A program made the position numbers and the translations under genes. From assembly GCA_030390025.1 (NCBI GenBank), contig CM059432.1, positions 71,922,001 through 71,986,000 of the forward strand: a stretch of DNA of 64,000 bases, read 5' to 3'. Positions 51,676-62,103 of the stretch are shown piece by piece. Source of the DNA: Squalus acanthias (Eukaryota). The first letter of the stretch is position 1. Every line of letters starts with the position of its first letter. The notes beneath the pieces are model-generated. The model made no database searches, was not told where the DNA came from, and saw only the letters and a list, made by a program, of their open reading frames with translations.

Positions 51676-52836
51676 CTAGAAGCGGCTTGCTATTAGTCGT
51701 TGACGGACGGCCCTTGCAGTTTGACCATTGTGGGCCGCCCTCCTGCCTTGGTGCTGCTGCTGATCATCGTCCTCGGCCTGTTCCTCCTCTTCCTCCTCCT
51801 CCTCTTGTGGTGCTGCAAGGCCTGGTGGCATTGGCTGCGTCCTGAGGATTGCCATGTTGTGCAACATGCAGCACACCACTACGAATTTGGAAACTTGCTC
51901 AGGCGAGTACTGCAGGGCTCCTCCGGAATGGTCCAGACAGCTGAATCGTTGTTTGAGCACGCCGATTGTGCGCTCAATAATGTTCCTCGTTGCTTGTTGG
52001 CTTTCTTGGTACCGCAGCTCAGCAGGGGTGTTTGGCGCACGGAGCGGTGTCATCAGCCAGGTGCTCAATGCGTAACCCTTGTCCCCCAGAAGCCAACCAA
52101 CTGGCTGATGCGGTGCCTCGAAAATTTCTGCCACAGTACTCTGGCGCAGGATGAAAGCATCGTGGCAGCTGCCCGGATAGTGGGCATTGACAGCGAGAAT
52201 CACCTGTCTGTGGTCACAGACCAACTGCACATTCAAGGAATGGAACCCCTTTCTGTTCCGGAACTCCTCTGCATTCTCTCGCGGAGCACGCAAAGCCACA
52301 TGCGTGCAGTCAATGGCGCCCTGCACCATGGGGAAGCCCGCTACCCTCGCAAAGCCCATAGCACGGTCATGCTGCTTGTCTGGGGTCATAGGGAAGGAGA
52401 TGAAGTCTCGTCTCCTTGTGAAGAGGGCATTGGTGACCTGCCGGATGCAGCGATGCACCGCAAACTGGGAGATATTGGCGAGGTCCCCAACAGCAGCTTG
52501 GAATGAGCCAGTGGCGTAGAAGTTCAAGGCCACTGTGACCTTCACTGCCACCGACAGAGACGTCCTGGACCTCAGCTGAGGCTGCAGATCTGGCTGCAGC
52601 AGGTGGCAGAGCTCAGTGACCACCTCCTTGCTGAATCGCAGCCTTCGCAAACACAGCTCCTCGGACATGTGGATGTAGGAGAGCTGTTCACGATATACCC
52701 TGGGAGGGTAAGCTCTCCTGTACATGCGCCTGATGGGCCTCCTCCGTCTGGCCATCATTGCCACTCTCTGTCTGCGTCTCACTCTCCTCCGATTGAGCTG
52801 GAGCAGGACGACGCCCCCAATCATTGCAGCCCCCAT
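51676..52836 (-). CDS. Intact HARBI1-like DDE transposase, 386 aa
   Basis: Uninterrupted ORF with GAIDCTH, YPGSCHDA, LLGDKGY, RNIIERTIG.LK.RF, CCMLHN and an acidic tail. Confidence 0.95.
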   Translation of the reverse strand: MGAAMIGGVVLLQLNRRRVRRRQRVAMMARRRRPIRRMYRRAYPPRVYREQLSYIHMSEELCLRRLRFSKEVVTELCHLLQPDLQPQLRSRTSLSVAVKVTVALNFYATGSFQAAVGDLANISQFAVHRCIRQVTNALFTRRRDFISFPMTPDKQHDRAMGFARVAGFPMVQGAIDCTHVALRAPRENAEEFRNRKGFHSLNVQLVCDHRQVILAVNAHYPGSCHDAFILRQSTVAEIFEAPHQPVGWLLGDKGYALSTWLMTPLRAPNTPAELRYQESQQATRNIIERTIGVLKQRFSCLDHSGGALQYSPEQVSKFVVVCCMLHNMAILRTQPMPPGLAAPQEEEEEEEEQAEDDDQQQHQGRRAAHNGQTARAVRQRLIASRF

Positions 52837-53452
52837 CTTCTCTTTGCCAGAAAAGTAATGAGGTACAGCAACGAAAGTAGCAGCAAAGTTAGGATGAACT
52901 AGGCAAAACTACCTCACAAAGCGTTGAGTCAATGTAGAAGTCTCTCTCTCTCTCTCTCCGAATCTCTCTCTCTCTCTCAGAACGAGTGGTGCATAAATGT
53001 CGACCACAGAAAAAGACAGGAAGAGGCCCCCTTTAAATAGCGCCCCCCCCAGCCCCACACCGATTGATAACGTTCCAGTCTTCCGGTCGTTGGAAGCGCC
53101 AGGCGGTAAGGCAGGGGGCGCCACTCAATTTCCGCTCCGGGGCGCCCCAAGGGCGTTGCACCACGGACTGACGTCACAATCTGCGCGCGCAGGTGGTCGC
53201 AGCGGTAAGTTTTAGCGCCGCCGCACAATCTCAAGTTAAGTTCTCGAGCGGCGCAAACAGCGCTGCGCCCGGGCATTAGCGCCTTAACGCCCCATTAGCG
53301 CCCATTTAAGGCGCTAACGGGAGGCGCAACCAACTGAATTTTTACCCCAAGGTGCCTTAAAGGCAAGGTGCCCGATATTTTGTCCACGGACAGAAAAGTG
53401 GATTATGCCCGTTTAGGTGGTGATCCGCCACACAGCTCCCCCCAGAATCCGC

Positions 53453-56400
53453 TTAGGCGGTGTGGACGAGACGGTGCGGCGGTCTGATGGGCCGGCCGGA
53501 GCGGCTCTTGTAGGACGCCGGTGGACGTGGAACGGCCGGGCATGGAGCAGCCGGGTGAACCGGCTTGAGGGCAGGTCGGCCGCGTGGTGGTGGATGAGCT
53601 ACAAGGACCTGCTCACCGGGCTCCGAGTGTGCTGGCTTGAGTCGGTCAACCGACACTTTTTCGGTCCTGTCGCCCACTTGCAGGGTGAAAAATTTGTCCC
53701 CACCTTGTAGCACCTTGTAGGGCCCGTCGTACGGGGGTTGAAGGGGTCCGCGGTGGGCGTCGTGCCGGACGAAAACGAACCATGCCTGGTGCAGGCTTAG
53801 TGGGATATGTGAGGTGGATTCGCCGTGTCGGGCAATGGGCACCGGGGCGAACTGCAGCGCCGGTGAGGCGAAGTTGTGGCGTTGCTGGTCGGCTGACCAG
53901 GGTGTCGTGGCGGTGGGCAGGAACTCGCCGGGTACGCGCAGCGGCTGACCGTACACGAGCTCTGCTGCCGATGCGTGGAGGTCTTCTTTAACCGCGGTGC
54001 ACAGGCCGAGGAGGACCCACGGAAGTCGGTCGATCCAGGCGCCGTCCTGGAGGCTGGCTCGAAGAGATGCCTTCAAGGATCTCTGAAACCGCTCACACAG
54101 TCCGTTGGCTTGGAGGTGGTACACTGTGGTGCGGTGAATGGTCACTCCAAGATTGCGTGCGACGGCGGTCCAGAGTTCAGAGGTAAATTGCGGACCTCTG
54201 TCCGACATCATGTCGGAGGGGACGCCGAACCGTGCCACCCAGTTGCTGACGAAGGCTCTGGCGATGTCGGCGGTGGTGGTAGAGGTCAGTGGAATTGCCT
54301 CGGGCCAGCGCGTGGTGCGGTCAACGATCGTCAGCAAGTGCGTGTGGCCTTGCGACGGCGGCAGGGGCCCGACGATGTCCACGTGGATGTGGTCGAATCT
54401 ACGCGAGGGGTGCTTTCGTGTGTTGCTGTACCTTGGCCCGTTGGCAGGCTAGGCAGGAGTTGGCCCAAGTACGCACATCCTTGCGAAGGCCGCGCCAGAC
54501 AAAGCGGTTGGCTACCAATTTGATGGATGCACGGGCGCCGAGGTGGGAGAGGTTGTGGAGAATGTCGAATACCCAGCGGCGCCAGGACGCTGGGACGACG
54601 GGCCGAGGTTGACATACGGATATGTCGCACTTGACCGTGACTGCGGTCGGGCCACAGGCGACGTCGGCCAGGTGTAGCCCTGGTAGGTTGGTAGGTGCGG
54701 AGAGCAGATCAGGGTCGGTGATCTGGTCTGCTGCGAGTTGAGCGTAGTCGACTGCCAGGTGTGCGGCGTGGATGGCGGGGCGGGAGAGGCAGTCGGCTAC
54801 CACATTGTCTCGGCCGGAGACGTGTTGGATGTCCGTGGTGAACTCGGACACTGCCGCGAGCTGGCGCTACTGCCTGGCGGACCAGGGGTCGGTTGTCTTT
54901 GCCATTGCGAATGTCAGGGGCTTGTGGTCGACAAACGCAGTGAAGGGGTGGCCCTCAAGCAAAAACCAAAAATGGCGGACCGCCAGGAACAGCGCGAGGA
55001 GCTCGCGGTCGAAGGTGCTGTACTTGACCTCCGGGGGGCGTAGTTGGCGGCTGAAGAAGGCAAGTGGTTGCCAGGCGCCATCGACCCACTGTTCATACAC
55101 GGCGCTGACCGCGTGGTCGGAGGCGTCCGTGGTGAGCGCTACCCTGGCATTGGGCCATGGGTGCGCGAGCAGGGTGGCGTTGGTGAGCGCGGTCTTGGTG
55201 GAGTCGAAGGCGGCGGACGCATCTGCCGTCCATTCGACCGCCATCTTGCCGCTCCTGCCCCGGAGGGCTTCATACAGGGGCCTCATGAGGGACGCCGCTT
55301 TGGGGATGAAGCGGTTATAGAAATTCACCATCCCGAGGAACTCCTGGAGGCCTTTGATGGTGGTGGGGCGGGGAAATTGTTGGACGGCCTGCACCTTGGT
55401 GGGCAGGGGAATGGCCCCAGCATGGGTGATGTGGTGGCCGAGGAAGTCGATCTTGTCCAGGCCGAACTGGCATTTGGCTGGGCTGAGGATGAGCCCGTGG
55501 TCGCTGAGGCGCCCGAACCAGATGCGAAGGTGTTCGAGGTGTTCCTGCTTGGAGGAACTGGCTACCAGGATGTCGTCCAAGTAGACGAACAGGAACTTCA
55601 GGTCCCGAAGGACCGAGTCCATGAGCCGTTGGAATGCCTGGGCCGCGTTTTTGAGGCCGAAAGGCATCCGCAGGAACTCGAACAGGCCGAAGGGGGTGAT
55701 TACGGCCGTCTTGGGGACATCCGCAGGGTGGACGGGGACTTGGTGGTAGCCGCACACCAGGTCGACCTTGGAAAAGACTGAGCGGCCGGCCAGTCTAGCC
55801 GAGAAGTCCTGAATGTGCGGCACGGGGTACCGATCAGGGGTGGTGGCATCGTTGAGGCGGCGGTAATCCCCGCAGGGGCGCCAACCCCCGCCTGGTTTGG
55901 GGGCGATGTGGAGTGGGGAGGCCTAGGGACCTTTGGAGCGGCGGATGATGCCGAGCTGTTCCATGATGGCAAACTCGGTCCGCGCGATCTCCAGTTTGGC
56001 CGGGTCCAGCCTGCGGGCGTGGGCGTACACTGGGGGGCCTGTGGTGGGGTTGAAGTGTTCCACCCCGTGTTTGGCGGCCTCCGCGGAGAAGGTCGGATTG
56101 GTAAGGGCCGGGAATTCGGCCAGGAGTGCCGAGTAGTCATCCGTGGCCCGGGCGTGGCACTGTGACGCCATGTCGGCGGGTTGACGGGGGGCCATGGCGC
56201 CCAGGATGGGGGACATGGTGTTCATGTCCACGAGGCGGTGACGAGGGATGTCTACCAGTAGGCCGTGGGCGCACAGGAAATCTGCGCCGATGAGAGGGGA
56301 GAGCACCTTGGCAGTGATGAACTCCCATCGGTAGCGGCGACCAGCGAGGTCGAGGGTGACTGTGCGGGTGCCGTACGTCCGGATTTCCGAGCCGTTAGCC

Positions 56401-57225
56401 GCAGCCCTTTTGGATGTCGAGGGAGGAGGCCGGGATGATGCTCTGCTGAGCTCCAGTGTCGCACAGGAACCGGCGGCCGGTTTTGTCATCCGTGACGTAC
56501 AGCAGGGAGCCCGCGTGGCCCATGGCCATCGCGGGGGCTGGTACGGGGGCGGACTTGAAAGAGCAGGGAGGTGTACACTGTTGTGCCCTGGTGCCGAACC
56601 GTGCGTGGTAGTAACAGTGGCCCGGGTTAGTGGGGCGCAAAGGCCCCGTGGGCCTGGTGGCTGGTCCTTGTGGCCGCGTGGTGGCCGGTGAGGGGCGCGC
56701 CCAGGCATTGGCTGCCAGGTCCGGAGTGACGTCGCGGCTGGAGTGAGCGGACAGCAGCTTGTCGGCTTCATCGGCCATGGCTTCCAGGTTCGTGAGGCCG
56801 GACGCCACGATCGCTGGGCGGATGCTGAGAGGGAGCTGGCGGATGAACAGCGTGCGGAAGAAGGATCCGGGTGGGCTCTCGTCGGTGAGGGAGAGCATGT
56901 GGGAGAGGAGGTCTGACGGTGAGGCATCACCGAGGCCTGGAAGGTCGAGGAGGTGGCAGTTTCGCTTGAATGCCGAGGCCGTAAATTTTTTGAGGAGCGC
57001 TGCCTTAAGATGTGCGTACTTGCCTTCCTCTGGTGGGTTCTGCAGCGCTGTCCAAACCTTCAAAACTGTGGCGCTACCGAGTGATATGACGAGGTAGTTG
57101 TACTGCGTCCCATCTGTGGTGATGTTTCGCAGCCGGAAGCGGGATTCAGCTTGGAGAAACCAGGCTTCGGGCTGGTTTTCCGAAAACTCCGGCAGTTTCA
57201 CGGAAACTGCGTTCGTGTCCGCCAT
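53453..57225 (-). pseudogene. Gypsy gag-pol (gag, protease, RT, RNase H, integrase) with stops and a frameshift
   Basis: VKLPEF..PEAWF.QAE, CYYHARFG..A..C..PC, FLCDTGA, YLDD, TTDAS..DRELLA, H..SH..C.AC, DIVGP..SDRG..ER; TAG at 55923, 54867, 54399. Confidence 0.95.
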
Positions 57226-57250
57226 TGCAGTGCTCGGAATACATTCTGAG

Positions 57251-57264
57251 CGTCGGGGTCACCA
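57251..57264 (-). promoter_or_regulatory. Primer-binding site, tRNA-Trp
   Basis: TGGTGACCCCGACG 1 nt after the 5' LTR, complementary to the tRNA-Trp 3' end (as in the avian sarcoma/leukosis virus PBS). Confidence 0.88.
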
Positions 57265-59506
57265 ATGTTGAGGCTGCCGCGAAACACGAATTAAGACTGA
57301 ATCCATGTGTGGAAAACAAAGGCTTTTTAATACAACTGCATGGTCCAAAAAGGCTGAAACAACTGCTCCCAGAATTCTCTGGAAAATCCCTAAGGCCCCG
57401 CCCACTCCTTTTCTCCTGCCTTAAAGGCAAGGTGCCTTAAAGGCAAGGTGCCCGATATTTTGTCCACGGACGAAAAGTGGATAATGCCCGTTTAGGTGGC
57501 GATCCGCCACAGCTCCATCATAACCTCCCTGCTCTTATATTCTATGCCTCGGCTAATGAAGGCAAGTATCCCATATGCCTTCTTAACCACCTTATCTACC
57601 TGTCCTGCTGCCTTCAGGAATCTATGTACATGCACACCAAGGTCCCTCTGATCCTCTGTCCTTCCTAGGGTCCTACCATTCATTGTGTATTCCCTTGCCT
57701 TGTTAGTCCTCCCAAAATGCATCACCTCACACTTTTCAGGGTTAAATTCCATTTGCCACTGTTCTGCCCATCTGACCAACCCGTCTATATCGTCCTGTAG
57801 CCTGAGGCTTCCCTCCTCGCTATTTACCACCCCACCAATTTTCGTGTCATCTGCGAACTTACTGATCATACCTCCTACATTCATATCTAAATCATTAATG
57901 TACACTACAAACAGCAAAGGACCCAGCACCGATCCCTGCGGTACACCACTGGACACAGGCTTCCAGTCACAAAAACTACCTTCGGCCATCACCCTCTGCC
58001 TCCTGCCACTAAGCCAATTTTGGATCCAATGTGCCAAGTTGCCCTGGATCCCATGGGCTCTTACCTTCTTGACCAGTCTCCCATGTGGGACTTTGTCAGA
58101 AGCCTTACTGAAGTCCATGTAGACCACATCAACTGCACTACCCTCATCCACACACCTAGTCACCCCCTCGAAAAATTCAATCAAATTGGTCAGACATGAT
58201 CTTCCCCTGACAAAGCTATGCTGACTATCCTTGATTAATCCTTGCCTCTCCAAGTGGAGACTAATTCTGTCCCTCAGAATTTTTTCCAATAATTTCCCTA
58301 CCACTGATGTTAGGCTCACTGGCCTATAATTCCCTGGTTTATCTCTACTACCCTTCTTGAATAATGATACTACGTTAGCTGTTCTCCAGTCCTCTGGCAC
58401 CTCCCCTGCTTCTTTTGATCAAACCAATAATGGCACCTCCCCTGTGGCCAGAGAGGTTCTGAAAATTTGTGTCAGAGCCCCTGCAATCTACTCCCTTGCC
58501 TCACACAGCAGCCTGGGATACTTCTCATCTGGGCCTGGGAATTTAACCACTTTTAAGCCCGCTAAAACCGCTAGTACCTCCTCCCTCTCAATACTAATTT
58601 GTTCAAGTATATCACAATCCCCCTGCCTGATTTCTATGCCTACATCGTCCTTCTCCATAGTGAACACAGATGCAAAATATTCATTTAAAACCCCACCTAC
58701 ATCTTCTGGCTCTACACACAGATTGCCACTTTGGTCCCTTATGGGCCCTACTCTTTCCCTGGTTATCCTCTTGCCCTTAATATACTTATAAAACACCTTG
58801 GGATTTTCCTTTATTTTGCCCGCCAGTGTTATTTCATGCCCCCTCTTCGCTCTCCTAATTTCTTTTTTAAGTACCCCCCTGCACTTTCTATACTCCTCTA
58901 GGGCTTCCACTGTTTTTAGTCCTTTGCGGGATTTGAGGGGAAATTTCTTCACCCAGAGGGTTGTGGGGGTCTGGAACTCACTGCCTGAAAGGGTGGTAGA
59001 GGCAGGAACCCTAACCACATTTAAAAAGTACTTGGATGTGCACTTGGGATGCTCTAACCTGCAGGGCTACGGACCAAGAGCTGGGAGGTGGAATTAGGCT
59101 GAATAGCTCTTTATTGGCCAGCGTGGACACGATGGGCCGAAATGGCCTCCTTCCATGCTGTAACTTTCTATGATTCTATGATAACCTGTATTTCTTAAAG
59201 GCACTGAAAAAACAGGGACATTTCTTAGTTTTTACTTACCTCAATGTGGTGCCAGGAGAAGCAGGAATTTACTTGTGTATTGCAGCGAGTTTGGGGCACA
59301 AGTACAATGTAGCAGCATTCTGTGAGATGCATTTTGGGCTGGAATCTGTTTCCACTGAGTTTCCACACCAAAATGGCTATGCTGGTGTTTCTGATTGGGT
59401 CTGGGACCTTCCATGTGTGTGGGAGCCAATGCTACTGAGAAGTCAGTACAATATATGTAAATAAGGATGGCCAGCATAGAAACATTCGTCAGGTAACTAA
59501 CACCAT

Positions 59507-61041
59507 GGCCGCGATCTTGCCGGCACTCAAAGGGCAGGTTTGGAGGCGGGTCAGGAGTTAAAATCAAAATGATTGACGGCGGGTTACGAACCTGCCGCCA
59601 TCTCGCCTCCACGCATCTTTGCAAAGTGTCGGATCTGCGAGGACCGATCAGACCCGACTCCAAGTGGCGGGAGAGCCACTTGAGGCAGTTAACAGCTTGT
59701 TTACTGCCTAGATAATCTGATTTTAAGAGGCTCTTCCCATTTTACTACATTTTCAGCGTGTTGCATGTCGTGCGACAAACACGCAGCTGATTGTGCCGGG
59801 TTCAGTAACTAGCTGAATAGTTGACAGCTGCACCTGCAGCATAAAAGCTGACCTGTAACATGGCTCACTTTCAGATGCCCAAACTTTGTGTTTTGAGGTT
59901 TTGGAACACATTTTGCTGGTCTATTGAGCTTGTAAGTGTTTAAGCTGAGATCCGGATGCACTGTGACCTCCTTGGAATGCCCTCTGGCCACATTGACTGA
60001 GCGCTAATAACATCTGTTCCTCAACTGAGATATATACCAGCGGAATGGGAACCATTTATATCCTCTCATCCTGGTCCTCAGAATCGGAGGAAGAGCATCT
60101 GCAACTGCAGCAGAACCGGCCACAACAGCAGCAGCAACAACAGGAGCGCCAACCTTCTCCTCACCCACCTATGCTGCACAGGGCAGAGGGCGTCAGCGCA
60201 GTGCTGCGCCTCACCGCAGGAGATACCCCCAACACAGGGTTTACAGGCCGAGGATGAGCTTCCTCAACATGACTGAGCAGCAGTGCCAAAGAAGGATGAG
60301 ACTTTCGGGAGAGGTAGTGGGTGACATCTGCGCAATGCTGCACCAACACCTGGAGCCCAGAGGAGCGGGTGGAGATTCCTTACCAGTGGCTGTCACAGTC
60401 ACCACCGCACTCAACTTCTTTGCTTCAGGATCCTTCCAGGGATCAACAGCAGACATCAGTGGCATCTCCCATTCGGCCGCACACACTTGCATCACGCAGG
60501 CTAACGATGCCCTCTTTGCAAAGTCGCACAATTACATCCACTTCTCCACGGACGAAGCAAGTGTAACCGCGCATGCGGTTGGCTTTGCAAATATGGCAGG
60601 CTTCCCAAGGATGCAGGGCGTCGTAGACTGCACACATGTGGTCATTAGGGCACGCCATCACAATCCAACTGTATTTGTAAACCACAAGGGCTTCCACTCC
60701 TTAACGTCCAGCTGGTGTGTAACCACAGGAAGAATATTATGCATGTTTGCGCCAAGTTCCCTGGCAGTTGCCATGACTCGTTCATCCTGCGGCAGTCTAC
60801 TGTGCCTCAGCTGTTCAATCCGCCAACCCAACTTTCCGGATGGCTACTTGGAGACAAGGGCTATCCTCTGAAGATGTGGCAAATGACACTGATGAGGAGG
60901 CCATCAAACGAAGCTGAGGACTGGTACAATGTGAGCCACATTTCCAGCAGAAGCATCACAGAGCAAACCATCGGCTTGCTCAAAATGCGATTCAGATGCC
61001 TCGACAGATCTGGTGGAGCCCTGCAGTATGCACCAGCCAGG
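59507..61041 (+). mobile_element. Harbinger left part with a frameshifted transposase (60045-61041), interrupted by Penelope
   Basis: End [39 protein letters not shown] motifs. Confidence 0.9.
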
Positions 61042-61047
61042 ATCTGC

Positions 61048-62103
61048 TCCTACCTCCGCCTGGACCATGACCCCACTACCGAACATCAAGCCACCGTTTC
61101 CAAGACTGTCACTGACCTCATCTCCTCTGGAGATTTTCCCCCCACGGCCGCCAAGCTCATAGTTCCCCAACTCCGCACAGCCCGCTTCTACCTCCTTCCC
61201 AAGATCCACAAACAGGACTGCCCTGGTAGACCCATCGTTTCAGCCTGTTCTTGCCCCATGGAACTTATCTCTTCTTATCTCGACTACTTTTTTTCCCCTT
61301 CTCCAGTCTCTTCCCACCTACATCCGCGACTCTTCCGACACCCTCCGCCACTTTAACAGTTTCCAGTTTCCTGGCCCCAACCGCCTCCTTTTCACTCTGG
61401 ACGTACAATCCCTCTACACCTCCATTCCCCACCAGGATGGCCTGAGGTCGCTCCGCTTCTTCCTTGAACAGAGGCCCAACCAGTCCCCATCCACCACCAC
61501 CCTCCTCCGCCTGGCTGAACTTGTTCTCACAGTGAACAACTTCTCCTTTGACTCCGCTCATTTCCTCCAAATCAAAGGTGTTGCTATGGGTACCCGCATG
61601 GGTCCTAGCTATGCCTGCCTTTTCGTGGGATATGTGGAACACTCTTTGTTCCAGTCCTACTCAGGTCCCCTCCCTCACCTCTTTTTCTGGTACATTGATG
61701 ACTGTATCGGTGCCGTTTCCTGCTCTCGCCCTGAACTAGACAATTTCATTCACTTTGCTTCTAATTTCCACCCTTCCCTCACCTTCACATGGTCCATCTC
61801 CGACTCTTCCCTTCCCTTCCTCGACTTCTCCGTCTCCATCTCTGGGGATAGGTTATTGACCAACATTCACTACAAGCCCACTGACTCCCACAGCTACCTG
61901 GACTACACTTCTCCCACCCCGCCTCCTGTAAGGACTCTATTCCATTCTCCCAGTTTCTCCATCTCCGCCGCATCTGCTCTGACAATGCCACCTTCCATAC
62001 CAGTGCTTCCGACATGTCTTCCTTTTTCCTCAACCGAGGATTCCCCTCTACAGTGGTTGACACGGCCCTTAACCGTGTCCGTTCCATCTCCCGCACTTCT
62101 GCC
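61048..62103 (+). mobile_element. Penelope-like element reverse transcriptase fragment
   Basis: [47 protein letters not shown] are PLE RT motifs; frameshifted. Confidence 0.9.

Larger units (their letters stand above)
48759..53348. mobile_element. Full-length autonomous-type Harbinger inserted in the Gypsy 3' LTR
   Basis: TIRs GGGGTAGAAATT / AATTTTTACCCC; TSD AAG (48756-48758, 53349-53351), confirmed against the empty site in the other LTR. Confidence 0.96.
48593..57511 (-). mobile_element. Ty3/Gypsy LTR retrotransposon, full length, defective
   Basis: LTRs TG...CA at 57266-57511 and 48593-48758+53352-53432; 4-bp TSD GCTC (48589-48592, 57512-57515); G-rich PPT at about 53433-53450. Confidence 0.96.
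47272..58927 (-). mobile_element. Antisense 5'-truncated CR1 inserted in the preceding CR1
   Basis: TSD GGGATTT (47265-47271, 58928-58934); ORFs 48194-48424, 57492-58400, 58488-59018. Confidence 0.9.
43330..59180 (+). mobile_element. Near full-length CR1 LINE (about 43330-47271 plus 58935-59180); 5' boundary approximate
   Basis: 5'UTR, ORF1, ORF2; the ORF2 end (RFRGDL|RGNFFTQRVV) resumes after an 11.6-kb insertion; CTATGATTCTATG tail. Confidence 0.93.

Noticed and set aside
51676..52836. Host domesticated HARBI1 gene
   Set aside because: It lies between TIRs with a TSD inside a Gypsy LTR and has decayed paralogues nearby, so it is a transposon gene.
53433..57265. Bacterial contamination or HGT island suggested by high GC and dense ORFs
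   Set aside because: Gypsy gag-pol with LTRs, PBS and TSD; the plus-strand ORFs are shadows of GC-rich coding sequence.
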